64,000 nt of DNA from Balanoglossus misakiensis (taxonomy: Eukaryota; Animalia; Hemichordata): NCBI GenBank assembly GCA_040954595.2, contig CM082580.2, positions 7,418,390-7,482,389 on the forward strand, read 5' to 3'. This document shows, piece by piece, positions 10,223-22,200 of the stretch. Positions within the stretch are counted from its first letter, which is position 1, and each line of letters opens with the position of its first letter. Below the pieces are notes generated by a model. The model had not been told where the DNA came from, searched no databases, and saw only the letters and a program-made list of their open reading frames with translations. Position numbers and translations under genes: made by a program.

Positions 10223-13200
10223 TTACTGGGTTTTGCATTCAGGTCTGTCCACTGCAAGTGTTTCTGCATCCCGTGCAGTGGTGGATCGTTCTGTAAATTT
10301 GAAACCTTCCAACCAGCCTGGTTTCGAGTCCGTCTTGCCGTTGTTTTCATCAGCCTTCCCCGACTCCTCATCATCTTTCTTCTTTCTGATTGGAATTTTT
10401 TCAACGGTCGGTGTTGGCTGGGCGGGGCTGTTCAGTCTCAGTTCTTCAGCCCGGACGTCTGGAAAAAATTTGGTACAAGTGGAAACGGACTTTGTTAAAG
10501 GGACGGTGCAAAAAGTTACAGATAATGGAGCTTTAAAATTCACCTATTGGCAAAATGGTCACAATAACCCATGCTAGTTACCAATCCATAATCAATCGAC
10601 CAATGAGTCTGTGACTTTGATCCATGTTGTCATACACAAAGTATTTGATTCACAAATCCACAAACTTTTATCTCCAATTCTCACCTTGTAGTGGGGTGTC
10701 CACTTTCTCAAGAAAGTGATGGTCATCTTGAACAGCTGGATTTTTGTCTTTCAGTTTTTGATAGAGACTTTTGGCTTTTGATTTCCATTTGGCAGCTTCA
10801 CTTTCAAAGAATTTTCTCTTCAAGCTGTTGGCATACGAGAGAGAGAGAGAGAGAGAGGAGGAGTGAGATTGTCAATGGTTGCCATGTACTTTCTTGTGTG
10901 CTTGCCAAGAAAATGGACAAATTTTACTCGTAAATGTCCGTCGTTTTTTCCTGACGATTTGAGAAAGTATCAGAGATTTCAAATTACAGGATTTTCTCAT
11001 GGTGTACGAGCTGAATTCTGCAGAACGCTACTGTTCTGTTCAGCCTCACCTTTCTTTTTCGAAAAAGCTGACCGCCTTCTCGACTTTCCTCCCTAAATGT
11101 TCATTTTCGGATTTCATTTTCGCGACCTCTCTCTCGAGCTGACCATTCTGGGCTTTGAGAACCGAAGTGACCACAATCTTGTCCACAATGTTCGTGCCAC
11201 TGCCAAAGTAGTCCATCTTGGGGGCAGCTGCTTCCGAAGATTTGGCTGGAATTTAACATGAACAGGATAAGGTCATATCTACTGCACAGTTAGATATGTA
11301 CATGTACCTGAGTGAATGTGTGTGTGTATGTGTGTGTCATAATGCGTGTGCGTGCATGTGTGTGTGACTGTCGTGCATTTTCAGTAGTCTAAGAATATTA
11401 TTGCACCTCAGCTATTTCCCTTCTCTTGATAGCAGCCAGCCAGTTGTTGTCACAGGACATATACTTACACTCTGCCTCCTGACTTGCATTTCGCTGTTCT
11501 TTCAATTCAGACTGGTATTGTTCACTCAGTTTTTTGTAGTAATTCAACTGTTTCTGCAAGTACTCCACCCTGTTGACAAGACGTGTAAATTAATTAGTTC
11601 CAGTAATGGCAGTGGTGTTTTATTTCCGCTTGAAAGCCAATCATATCGTCTTTCATAGCAAGATCAATGTACCAATTAATTTTCATCCTGGATCAGGTAA
11701 TTGTCACTCTACGTCTACTACTGGGTTTTATGACTCCCAAACAACTCACTCTTTTGCTGTTGCTTGTTGTTTTTTCAGTTTGTAGATCTCTAATTCCCTT
11801 TCTTCAACCATTCTCTCCAATTTCAACACCTCACCATGGTTTTCGTGGCCACCCTTTCTCCTGAGCTCCTCCTCCATGTTGCGAATGCGCGTTTCCACCG
11901 CTTTCAGTTTTGCCTGTGGGGGAAATTTGTCGTACGTGCTGATAAGAGTATACACTCCCATTTGTGTGCCGAGAAGTCTGTTCTACATAAAATCTGAATG
12001 GTTTGCAAAGAGTCCAATAAAGTTTCACCAATTCAAGCCATGTGGCAAAATGACTAGCAAAACAGCCTGTCATTCCATAAGATAAAGAGCAATTTTACTA
12101 GCGAGAAAGTCATCACAAACTGTACCTGTGCTTCTGACAATTTCTCTTCCAACCCGCGATTCTTCGCAATTTCATCTTCCAACTCGTCATCCATATCAGA
12201 ACACACTTTGCAAAATCTCTTGTACTCCGACTCGAAGTAGTCCCTCATCTCCTTTTCTTTGGCCAGCGTCTTTTGTTCCTCCGTCACTTTCCCCCGCAGT
12301 TCCTCAATTTGAGCTTCTAGTCTCGCCTGCTCGTCCAGTTGCACTTTCAAGCCGTTTTTCTGTGAAAACACGTCATGAGATTTTTAAAGATTTCTTTGTT
12401 GAGTCTAATCTGCATGGATATAGTTAAGTGGTAGTTCAACTTCTTCTTGAAGATTGGTTCAACAAAGTGCAGGGAATCCAATGGTTTGTATTTGGGCCAT
12501 CCCAAGCAGAAAGGGTCTTATGGGAGCGCGATACTTGTGACCATAAGACCCCTTTCTGCTTGGGATGGCCCATTTATTCTCCAAAGCACACCAGTGTCAG
12601 AGCCTGGATTGAACCATACCTGTGTTTCCGACAACTTCTCTTCCAATCCCCGATTCTTCTCGATCAGATCTTCCAACTCATCGTCCATGTCCGACATCAC
12701 TCCGCAAAATCTTCTGTATTCAGACTCGTAATATTCCCTCGTTTCTTGTTCCGTGGAGAGTTTTCCCTTTAATTCTCCAATTTCACCTTGCTGCTTGGCG
12801 GTCTCATCTCTCAACTTGGCAACATGGCTTTCCTGCATGATAAAAAGGTAGATGTTGTTTTCATCAAGTTTTATATATCTTTTAACAGTACCAGTAACAA
12901 GTCCACCAACATGGACGATAAGCCATGAAAAATTCTGAGGTCAATAGCATTTGTTGATATCAACCACACATAAAATAGACACGGGATATTTTATTTACTC
13001 ACCATTTGAGTGGACTGAGCTTCTAATTCAGACACTCTGCTCTTGGCTTCAGCACAAACCATTTCAGCATGACCAGCTCTCTCTGTCTGTTTCTGCATTT
13101 CGTCTAGCAGATTGTCATGTTTGGCTGAAATCTAAACATTACAATACACATTTTTATATAAGGCACCATACATACAATGAGTTCACCCCCTATGACAAGC

Positions 13201-16200
13201 TGATGTGACATCTTACCTCAACATATATTGTTTTCTGTTGTTCTAGTTCCTGCCGAAGACTCTCTGCTTCACTGACCTTGTCCTCAAAACTGACCTAAAT
13301 ATAAGAACAAAAGCAGTAGTAGTAGACACTTGGTGGTAATCAAGGATTTTTGTGTGTGTGTGCAGAATTTGTGGAAATTTAACCCTTTCATCCCCCAGTT
13401 CCCTCTTTAGAGGTCCAACCTTACCATAGGAAACAATGGGTTTGGACTGAACCATGTGCACACACTCACCGTTTTCTCTTTCAAATACTGGTTTTCTCTC
13501 TCAAGATCAAACAACCTGGCATTAGCATCACCGGCAACCATTTCCGAGTCCCTCAGGTTTTGGGTCAGCATTTCCACAGTTCTGTTGAGATTCTCGTACT
13601 TCTCAGAAACCTCATCAGATTTGGTCCTGTGGTGTTCAAGTTCATCGTGAAGGTGTCTCATTTCAGCCACCCGGCCTTCAAGATCAGACTGTAAAACGAA
13701 TTAACAAAAAAATCCAAACCCTTGTTTATGTACATCAGCACAATCTATAAAAGTACATTGTTATCCAGACTAATGTGGCCGTATTTATCATGCATTATTA
13801 CATTTCATATCCAATCTGTCACACAGCAAAGTTGACTTACAATTGTGAGTTTCAGAGAACCATTCTCTGAGTTCAGCTCAGATAACTTGACGTCTGTCTC
13901 TCTGATCACCAATTCTGCATCGCTGTGAGATGTTTCCAGGGTTTGGATTTTATGCAAGAGCTGATCATGCTGGCTAGATAGCTAATAATGAAGAATAACA
14001 ATATCAAGTAAATATATATTATATATACACTCAAGGCATGTTATGGGCTTCCTGTGTGTTCAGTGATGATACAACTGATTTCTTGAATGTAATAGTATCA
14101 ACACAGTCTGCACTCGAGCTCAGAGGTTTGGGCAGACACTGAACATTGTAACAAACACAGTAACTTTTAACATATTTCAACCACATTTAACACAACAAGA
14201 ACATTCCCATAGTGGAGATTTCTTGAATGGAAGAAGTGCGGACACACAAGAATTTGCCACTCTTTGATCTGGACTGGCAGATGGATTTAAAAAAATCAGT
14301 CCATACCTCGCTTGATTGTCTTCTGTAGTGTTCAAGTTCCCCTTCAATCCTTGTTACTTCATCTGTCTGCTGATTAAGTTTGACCTACAAGAAACACAAA
14401 ATATTAAATCATAGGCATATAATAGCAAATACCATAGATACTTGAGCTCATCTAGCAAACCAAAGATTTGAGAATGTATTGCACATTTGGCCCACCCAAC
14501 ACTGCCAGGAGTCTGGCTGCATACAGTAAAATACTATTTGGAACAGCACAGATTTTCCCCAATAAAATGTGGATATTCAGAAATAAAAAAAATCCTATGC
14601 TTACAATTTCTGATTTTAAAATTTCATTCTCTGACTCCAGCTCGCAAATTTTGTCAGAATCCACGGCAGCCGTTTCTGCATTCTTCTCCAACGTGTCGAT
14701 GGTCTCCAACAAACTGGCGTGTTTTTCAGTGGCCTGAAAATGAATTCAATGGGGAAAGTGACTACACCTGTACTTGGAATGTTAAGTGCTTTTAATGGCT
14801 GGAAATCAGACTTGGCCCTTGACAGAATATACTATAGGAAAATCAAATACCTCACAAGACAGTTTTCTGTAATGTTCAACTTCCTCTTCGAGCCTAGTCA
14901 AATCACATGCCTGGCTGGCAAGTTTGACTATTTCAGACTTCAAAGTTTCCTTTTCTGACTCCAGTTCAAGCAGTTTCTTTTCAGAATCTGTGGACACCAT
15001 TTCTGCATCGCTGAGATTCTGTTCCAGCGATTCAATTGTCTCGAGCAAGCTGGCATGTTGTTCAGTCGCCTGGCAAAATATGACGATATATGTACATGTA
15101 TGTATGTATATGCTGATTGAATTGTTTATCCATGCTGCAATCCACACTTTTTCCTGTTAGTTCCAATTGCCAAAATGAATGACTGCAGAGTATTAACGAT
15201 GTTCTGCATCGGATACATATCATTTTCTTCTCCAATATACTGCAGAAAACTTCTTACCTCACAAGACTGTCTTTTGTAATGCTCCACCTCTTGTTCAAGT
15301 CTTGTCACTTCATCGCTCTGACTGTTGTGTTTGGCCTACAAAAGTACCGACAATGAATTATTCATAGTGGACGTAGTCAAGTATAAAAATGTTGGTGGTG
15401 GTTGTGGTATAAGTAACTGAAGATGTAAGAGACAGCAAACTTTTGCTGGTTTGATTTGAGTGTCATTAAATGAAAACAAAATTTCTTTGCTTACTATTTC
15501 AGACTTCAAAGTTTCATTTTCTGTCTCCAGTTCGAGCAGTTTGTTGGAATCTGCGGACACCATTTCCGCATCGCTGAGATTCTTTTCCAGCGACTCAATC
15601 GTCTCCAGCAAAGTGGCATGTTGTTCTGTCGCCTGGGAAAATATCAGAAGGGAAAATGATTGTACAATGTACATGCTGATTAAATTTTTGCGATATTACA
15701 TTGAAATGTTTGTGTTTACGTCACACACACCCGCAAATGATGAACTAACTACTGATAAACACATACATGTACTGATAGTCTTCTTCTTATCTGTGTCACA
15801 TTGCCAAATCATGTAGCATTTGCATCTGGCACAGACAAACTTGCAATGACTGATGCAGTTATCAAACAATATCCTACCACGCACCTCACAAGATTGTCTT
15901 TTGTAATGTTCAACTTCTTCTTCAAGCCTTGTCACTTCATCGGTCTGATTTGTAAGCTTTGCCTGAAAAAAAGGTTCCAAAGTGAATTGCTGTTGCATGC
16001 TCTATGAGTTTAAAAGCTGCAAAGAATAAATGTAACTTGAAATAAACATCTCTTGATCTGGAAAGCTGTCAGTTAAATTTTGAAATATATGTACCTCCTC
16101 TGCTTGTCTTTTGTAAAGTTCCACCTCTTCTTCAAGTCTGGTTATTTCATCCGTCTTACAGTTAAGTTCGGCCTGAAAACGCAAGGTATAGACTCATGAA

Positions 16201-19200
16201 TTTACTTGAGAAGTTATATGAAACTGGGAGTTTAAAACAGCACTATACACCTGGTGGTGGTGGTGGTCTATAAGATTTGACAGTGAAATCAAAATGCTTT
16301 GTGAAGTTAAGTCCACATCAATGCTTTGACTTATGACATGAGGAATGTGTTTTACTCACAATGTCAGACTTCAGAGTTTCGTTTTCTGATTCCAGGTCTG
16401 AGATTTTCTGCTCAGAATCCATGGCGACCATTTCTGCATCGCTGTAATTCTTCTCCAACGTGTCGATGGTCTCCAGCAAACTGGCATGTTTTCCTGCAGC
16501 CTGAGGGTGAATTTAGAGGGGGGGGTCTTTTATAGTCTCTTATTGACAGAAAATCAGTCATCTGTCATATTTGCCTCACACAAGGCATGATTTCAGTAAG
16601 TAAACAATGGGCATACCTCATCTGCTTGTCTTTTGTAGACTTCCACTTCTTCTGCAAGTCTTGCTGCTTCGTCCGTCTGGCTATTCAGTTTTGCCTGGGT
16701 GTCAAAATCATTCATGGACTTTTCAGTCAGAGTAGGTGTCGCAAGGGCCGAACCAGAGCAAATCTGAGCAACCATAAAATCAGCAGAAAGCTCTGCATTC
16801 TAATAATGGGATTTACTGTAACAGTTGGTTCATCCAGTGGCTTTCACATGGAACTTCATGAAATATCTCTGCTGATTTGTCACACTACTAATATTTTGTC
16901 TCTTGAAGCAAATCTAACTTGTAAATTATTTCAATAACTACCTCATCTGCTTGTCTCTTGTAACAGTCCACTTCTTGCTCAAGTCGCATCACTTCATCTC
17001 TCTGGCAATCAAGTTTTGCCTACAAACACAAGAAGATCAAATCTATCAGTACAAGTGAGGGAACTTGTAGAATTTGGTGCATACAGTTGATTGAGTTTGT
17101 ACAGATTAAAGACTTTTAATAGTTAGGGATCAACATGTGACATTGTAAAGTAACAAAGATTCAGAAACATACTATGAAGAGATAGCTGGTCAAGTTCTAC
17201 CATGATTTTGATTTTGAAAGGAGAACAAAATGCTTACAATGTCAGACTTCAAAGTTTCATTTTCTGACTCCAGGTCAGACATCTTTCTTTCGGAATCCAC
17301 GGCAACCATTTCCGCATCGCTGAGATTCTTCTCCAATGTGTCAATAGTTTCCATCAAACTGGCGTGCTTTTCAGACATCTGATGGGCAAGAAAAACAAAC
17401 ATGTGATGTATGATATGATAGAATTAATGAAACAATACAATATGATACAAATTGTGTCGCACAGGGATCTGATTATCTGCCTCAGTGGTTGAACAGAGAA
17501 CTGCATACCTCATCTGCTTGTGCTCTGTAGTGTTCAACTTCCTGTTCAAGTCTGGTAACGTCATCTGTTTGACCATTGAGCTTGGCCTGTAAACGCAAAG
17601 AGACCCAAATCATCAATAACTTTAGAGCTCTTCAGAAATGTAGATGTTGGGAATGGGAAAAGTGATTTTTTTTTGCTTACCATGTCAGACTTCAAAGTTG
17701 CATTTTCTGCCTCCAGTTCCGACATCTTTCTTTCAGAATCCATGACAACCGTTTCCGCATCGCTGAGATTCTTTTCCAACAAATCGATGGTCTCCACCAA
17801 ACTGGAATGTTTTTCTGATGCCTGATTGTGAAATTCACAGGGGAAAAAACAACAAAAAAGATATTGATACGCTCTGAATTTTGGATACAACTGAATAGCA
17901 TCATGTCTTTTCTTTAAAAATGCCACTGTTGGAGAGTTACTGCCAGGGATAAAGTTACTGGACAACTTTTGTCGCTTCAAAAAAACCTACACACCTCGTC
18001 TCCTCGTCTTCTGTACTCTTTTATTTCTTCTGCAAGTCCCGTTGCTTCATCTGTCTGGCTGCCCAGTTTTGCCTACAAAAGTACAAGGTATCCAAACATG
18101 GGAGTTTGCAACTAGCAAGTTTTACTATGTTGTTTCTTAATTAATGATGATGAATTAATCCCTAGTTTTCTGCCCAACCAGGCAACCTCCGAGATGTGAT
18201 ATTCGAAAACCTGGCAATTTTGAGTGTGAGGTTTTAATCACTGGATTTGCATAGTGAGAAGGGCAGTGTTGTTGGCTTACCATATCCGACTTCAAAGTTT
18301 CATTTTCTGACTCCAGTTCAGAGAGTTTCTTCTCGGAATCCACGGCAACCATTTCTGCATCGCTGAGATTTTTCTCCAACGTGTCGATAGTTTCCACCAA
18401 ACTGGAGTGCTTTTCTGATGCCTGAAGGTGAATATAAGTAAGGAAGATCAAACTCTTGCATTTCATGTTGTATGCGGGAGAATGACAGCAAACGGCCACG
18501 ACAGGAAGATCCATTGGCAAAGCACAGAATTGATGCATGAAATAAAATAGTTCTTATAGTATACCTCCTCTGCTTGTCTTTTGTAAAGTTCCACCTCATC
18601 TTCAAGTCTGGTCACGTCATCCGTCTGACAAATAAGCTTGGTCTGCAGAAATAAGAAGCATTACAAAATCATTGATAAACCTCGTGACTGCAAGGTTTTT
18701 CTTCAGTTTCTCAAATGGAAGGGGCAAAATTCTTCACTTTGACATCCTGGGGATGAAATGCTGATCTGTAAAGAAATACTGAGATGCGAAAATTCTCTCA
18801 GTGTTGACAAGTTCTGAGCGTGCAACTGCTTTCTAGAAGAACCGAATGATTACTTACAATTTCCTCTTGTAATGCCATATTTTGAGTTCTTAGACTGAGC
18901 AACTCTTCTTCTGTGTCAGAAATGGTAGCTTTGGCCTCTGAGAGACTCTTGTTCAGTGATTCGACGGTTGCAAGAACATCTTCATGTTTTGCGGCAGCCT
19001 GAAGGGAAAGATGCAAACAAAGTTATTATAGACAGTCTTTGGCGAAGTTTTTTTTTTTTATATTATAAACAATTTCATCAAGTTTAATACATAAGACACA
19101 AGACACATAGCGTGTACACACCTCAGTAGCCAATTGCTTGAAGTGTGCCAATTCTTGAATCAGCTCATCATCATCTTCCACTCTGGTACCAGAACTCTCC

Positions 19201-22200
19201 TGTATAGGTGAATCAAAACCAAGAATATTTGTAGTCATCAAAATCTCTCTTTCTCACATTCGACCAAACTTCAGGGATTGCTACACAGGAAAAGTGAATC
19301 ACGGTCAATAATTGTACACGTATTTTGTAAACTCCTTCTACCAATAACCCACACGCGCATGTACAATCAAACTTGTCTACATGTATAGGGGCCAGTCGAG
19401 GTACTCTCCTAAACAGGCCTTTATAGACAGGTCAATTACTGCGCATGTAAATTGCACAGGGATTGTAACAAAGCAACCAACACAGGTTTGACTGTACTTA
19501 CAAGTTTCGCCTTCAGCACTTCGTTTTCCGTGATCTTCTGCGATAATCTCTTGTTGGTATCCATGGCGAACATCTCGGCATCCGTTAAACTTCTCCTCAG
19601 AGACTCAACAGATTTCTCCAGTTTACCCGTCTGGTTGTTGGCCTGTAAGAATACCATACAACACTCAATATAAATTCTCTTTCATACCAGTTGTATAATC
19701 AGGTCCATGTCAAGCAACTTGGGAACACAGTAAACTTCGACTCAAAGCAAGAAGCTGCGACTCAATTTTTTTATGTAACCATATCTTATATTCTTACAAT
19801 TTCAACTTTCAGGGCTTCATTTTCTGTTCTGAGCTGCGAAAGCTTTTTGTTTGCGTCCAACAAGACCATTTCGGAATCAGCTAAACTTTTCTTCAGTGAA
19901 TCCAGCCTTGAAATTTCTTCTCCAGGTACCTGGTGGGCAGGAAAATATAAATGTACAAAGATGGAAACATGAACGGTATACGTGAGGTGTTCAAACTCAG
20001 CATGTGAATTGAAGGTGTGACACTGTTAGTCTGGTTGTAAAAGTTACACATCTCATGTTGGAAAGTGAAGTTTTAAAACCCACCTGGTCAGCTAGACCCT
20101 TGTAGTATGCGACCTCTGTCTGCAGTTCAACGATTTCATGTTCCTTGTCCTGTGGGTTCCAAAAATATACATATGTTGTGGATTGAGTGATTGTACCAAT
20201 ATTCTGTATTTTGTGATAGTTAGCAAAGTACCCTTTAGTTCTTTTACTTGTAGATTTTGAAATGCTCCTTTGTGAGTGGCACAACCCTGAAAGAAACTGT
20301 GAAGTACTCAATATGAAGAGCAATGCACATCTACAAACCTGTTTCTCAGAAGTTACTTGTTCACACTCTTGTTCCAAGTCACACAACCTCTTGTTAGCAT
20401 CCGCGTTAGCAGCCTCGGCATCGGCCAAATTCATTCTAAGCCTTTCCATGGATTCATCACGATTTTCAAGATCCTGTCAATTGTATTATAAATAAAAACA
20501 AAGCAGATTCACTGAATGTGCCCCCAGCCAAAATCTGAAATTGTAAGCTTTATTCTTAACAAGCTGGCTAATGTTGTGAAGACCAATAGTGCAAGATTCT
20601 TACATCTATAAATCAAAGCTCAGAATGCTGTATCACTCACCAGTTGATATTGGTTTTTGCAGAGATTCAGTTCTGCTTGTAATTCATTTATGATGTCCTG
20701 ATCAGCACGGTCTGATGGCTCTCTCTGCTGAAGAAAAAAGTTGGACTAGTCTATTATTTTACCTCTGCTCGTAATGATAAGGCAATTGGTTTGATAAAGA
20801 CTGAGGAAGCTTAATATTGAACCACACTCCCAGCAGTTTCCCCTGAATATATTCAAACTCTGGTGTAGGTACAATACTGTACCACAGTCCACATAATATA
20901 CAAAATCAATTCTACCTGTGTAACTTCTGCAAGTTCTTCTTGTAACATGTTCAGTTCTTCTCTGTGGAATTCTTTTAACTCTTGTTGTTCGAGGTCGATT
21001 GTCGCCAATTCTTCAGCCAAGCGATCTCGGTGATTTTGTCTGCAAAGAAGATGAAAGACATCACACTGGTTTATCCTACATTTTGATCAGAGCTAGGGTC
21101 AGCCCCAGCATGAGAAAACTTAGCATCTCACTGCCTTCAGAGCGACTGAAAAAAATACATATTTCTTGGCATGACTTACAATTTTTGAAAATCAACTTGT
21201 AGTTGATCGAGTCGATCCTGCAGTGCAGACTTGTCCACTATGAGAGTCTCACAAAGCTCCACTGTTTCTTCGAGTTCTTGATTCTGCAAACCCATAAAAA
21301 TTAGTCAAAATAGTTTTACTCATCAAGGTTTGTTGAAAAAACAAAGAACAGTCTAACCTGTCTATATTGGCCAGTCAAGGGAGTTTCCTAAACCGGCCTT
21401 TATAGACAGGTGGTCTTTTCAGACAGGTCAATTTATGCAAAAAAGTGGCCACTAACACAGATTCAACATGGCTTGGGGAGCAACTAGCTGATGCAGAGAT
21501 ACAAGGAAAAGGCACCATGAACAGACTGTACGCTCTCAGGTCGATCTCTTACACACTCATACACGTACCTTGAAATCCGTCTGACATCCGACCTCCTCTC
21601 CTTCCGGCTGCACCAGCTTGGCTCCCGTCTCCGCAAAATGAACTTGCCGGCCGCGTCGCTTCTTCGTCGACGACGGCGGCGGAATGACCGAGGACATGGG
21701 CGGGGGCATCAAGTCCATGTCACTGTCTGGTGGTAGCGTAGTTTCCAGAGAATGCCGCTTAGTTTCAAAATCAGCCTCAAAGACTGTGTTGAAAGAAGCG
21801 TCAAAGAAATCTAGACGAAAGAAAAGATGGGAGGGGACAGAAAGAGCTACATGAAACTATTCTACTAGATGACTACAGAAATAGAGTGTACTGTACAGGT
21901 ATCCACCAAACACAAGTTGAACTGAAGAGACACAGTTCAAAATACAGGATGCCACTTGACCATGTGAAATGCAGAGACTGAGAGATATCAGAAACACTAG
22001 AAAATACAAGGTGAACTACAGGAAGAAGTAGATTTTCAAAACGTCACATCAAGTACAGAATAGTGTACATGTACTGGTACTGTACAGAGGGAATGAGGAA
22101 CTAAAGATGAACAGAGCCTAAGGACAACAATACACACACAATGATAGACTACCAGGAGATAAACCATGAAGAAGCCATTTTCATGTGGGCACACCTACCA

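Noticed and set aside
13003-20473. Regularly spaced repeats separated by unique sequence, superficially CRISPR-like
   Set aside because: The repeats are GT-AG-flanked coding exons, the spacers are introns, and there are no cas genes
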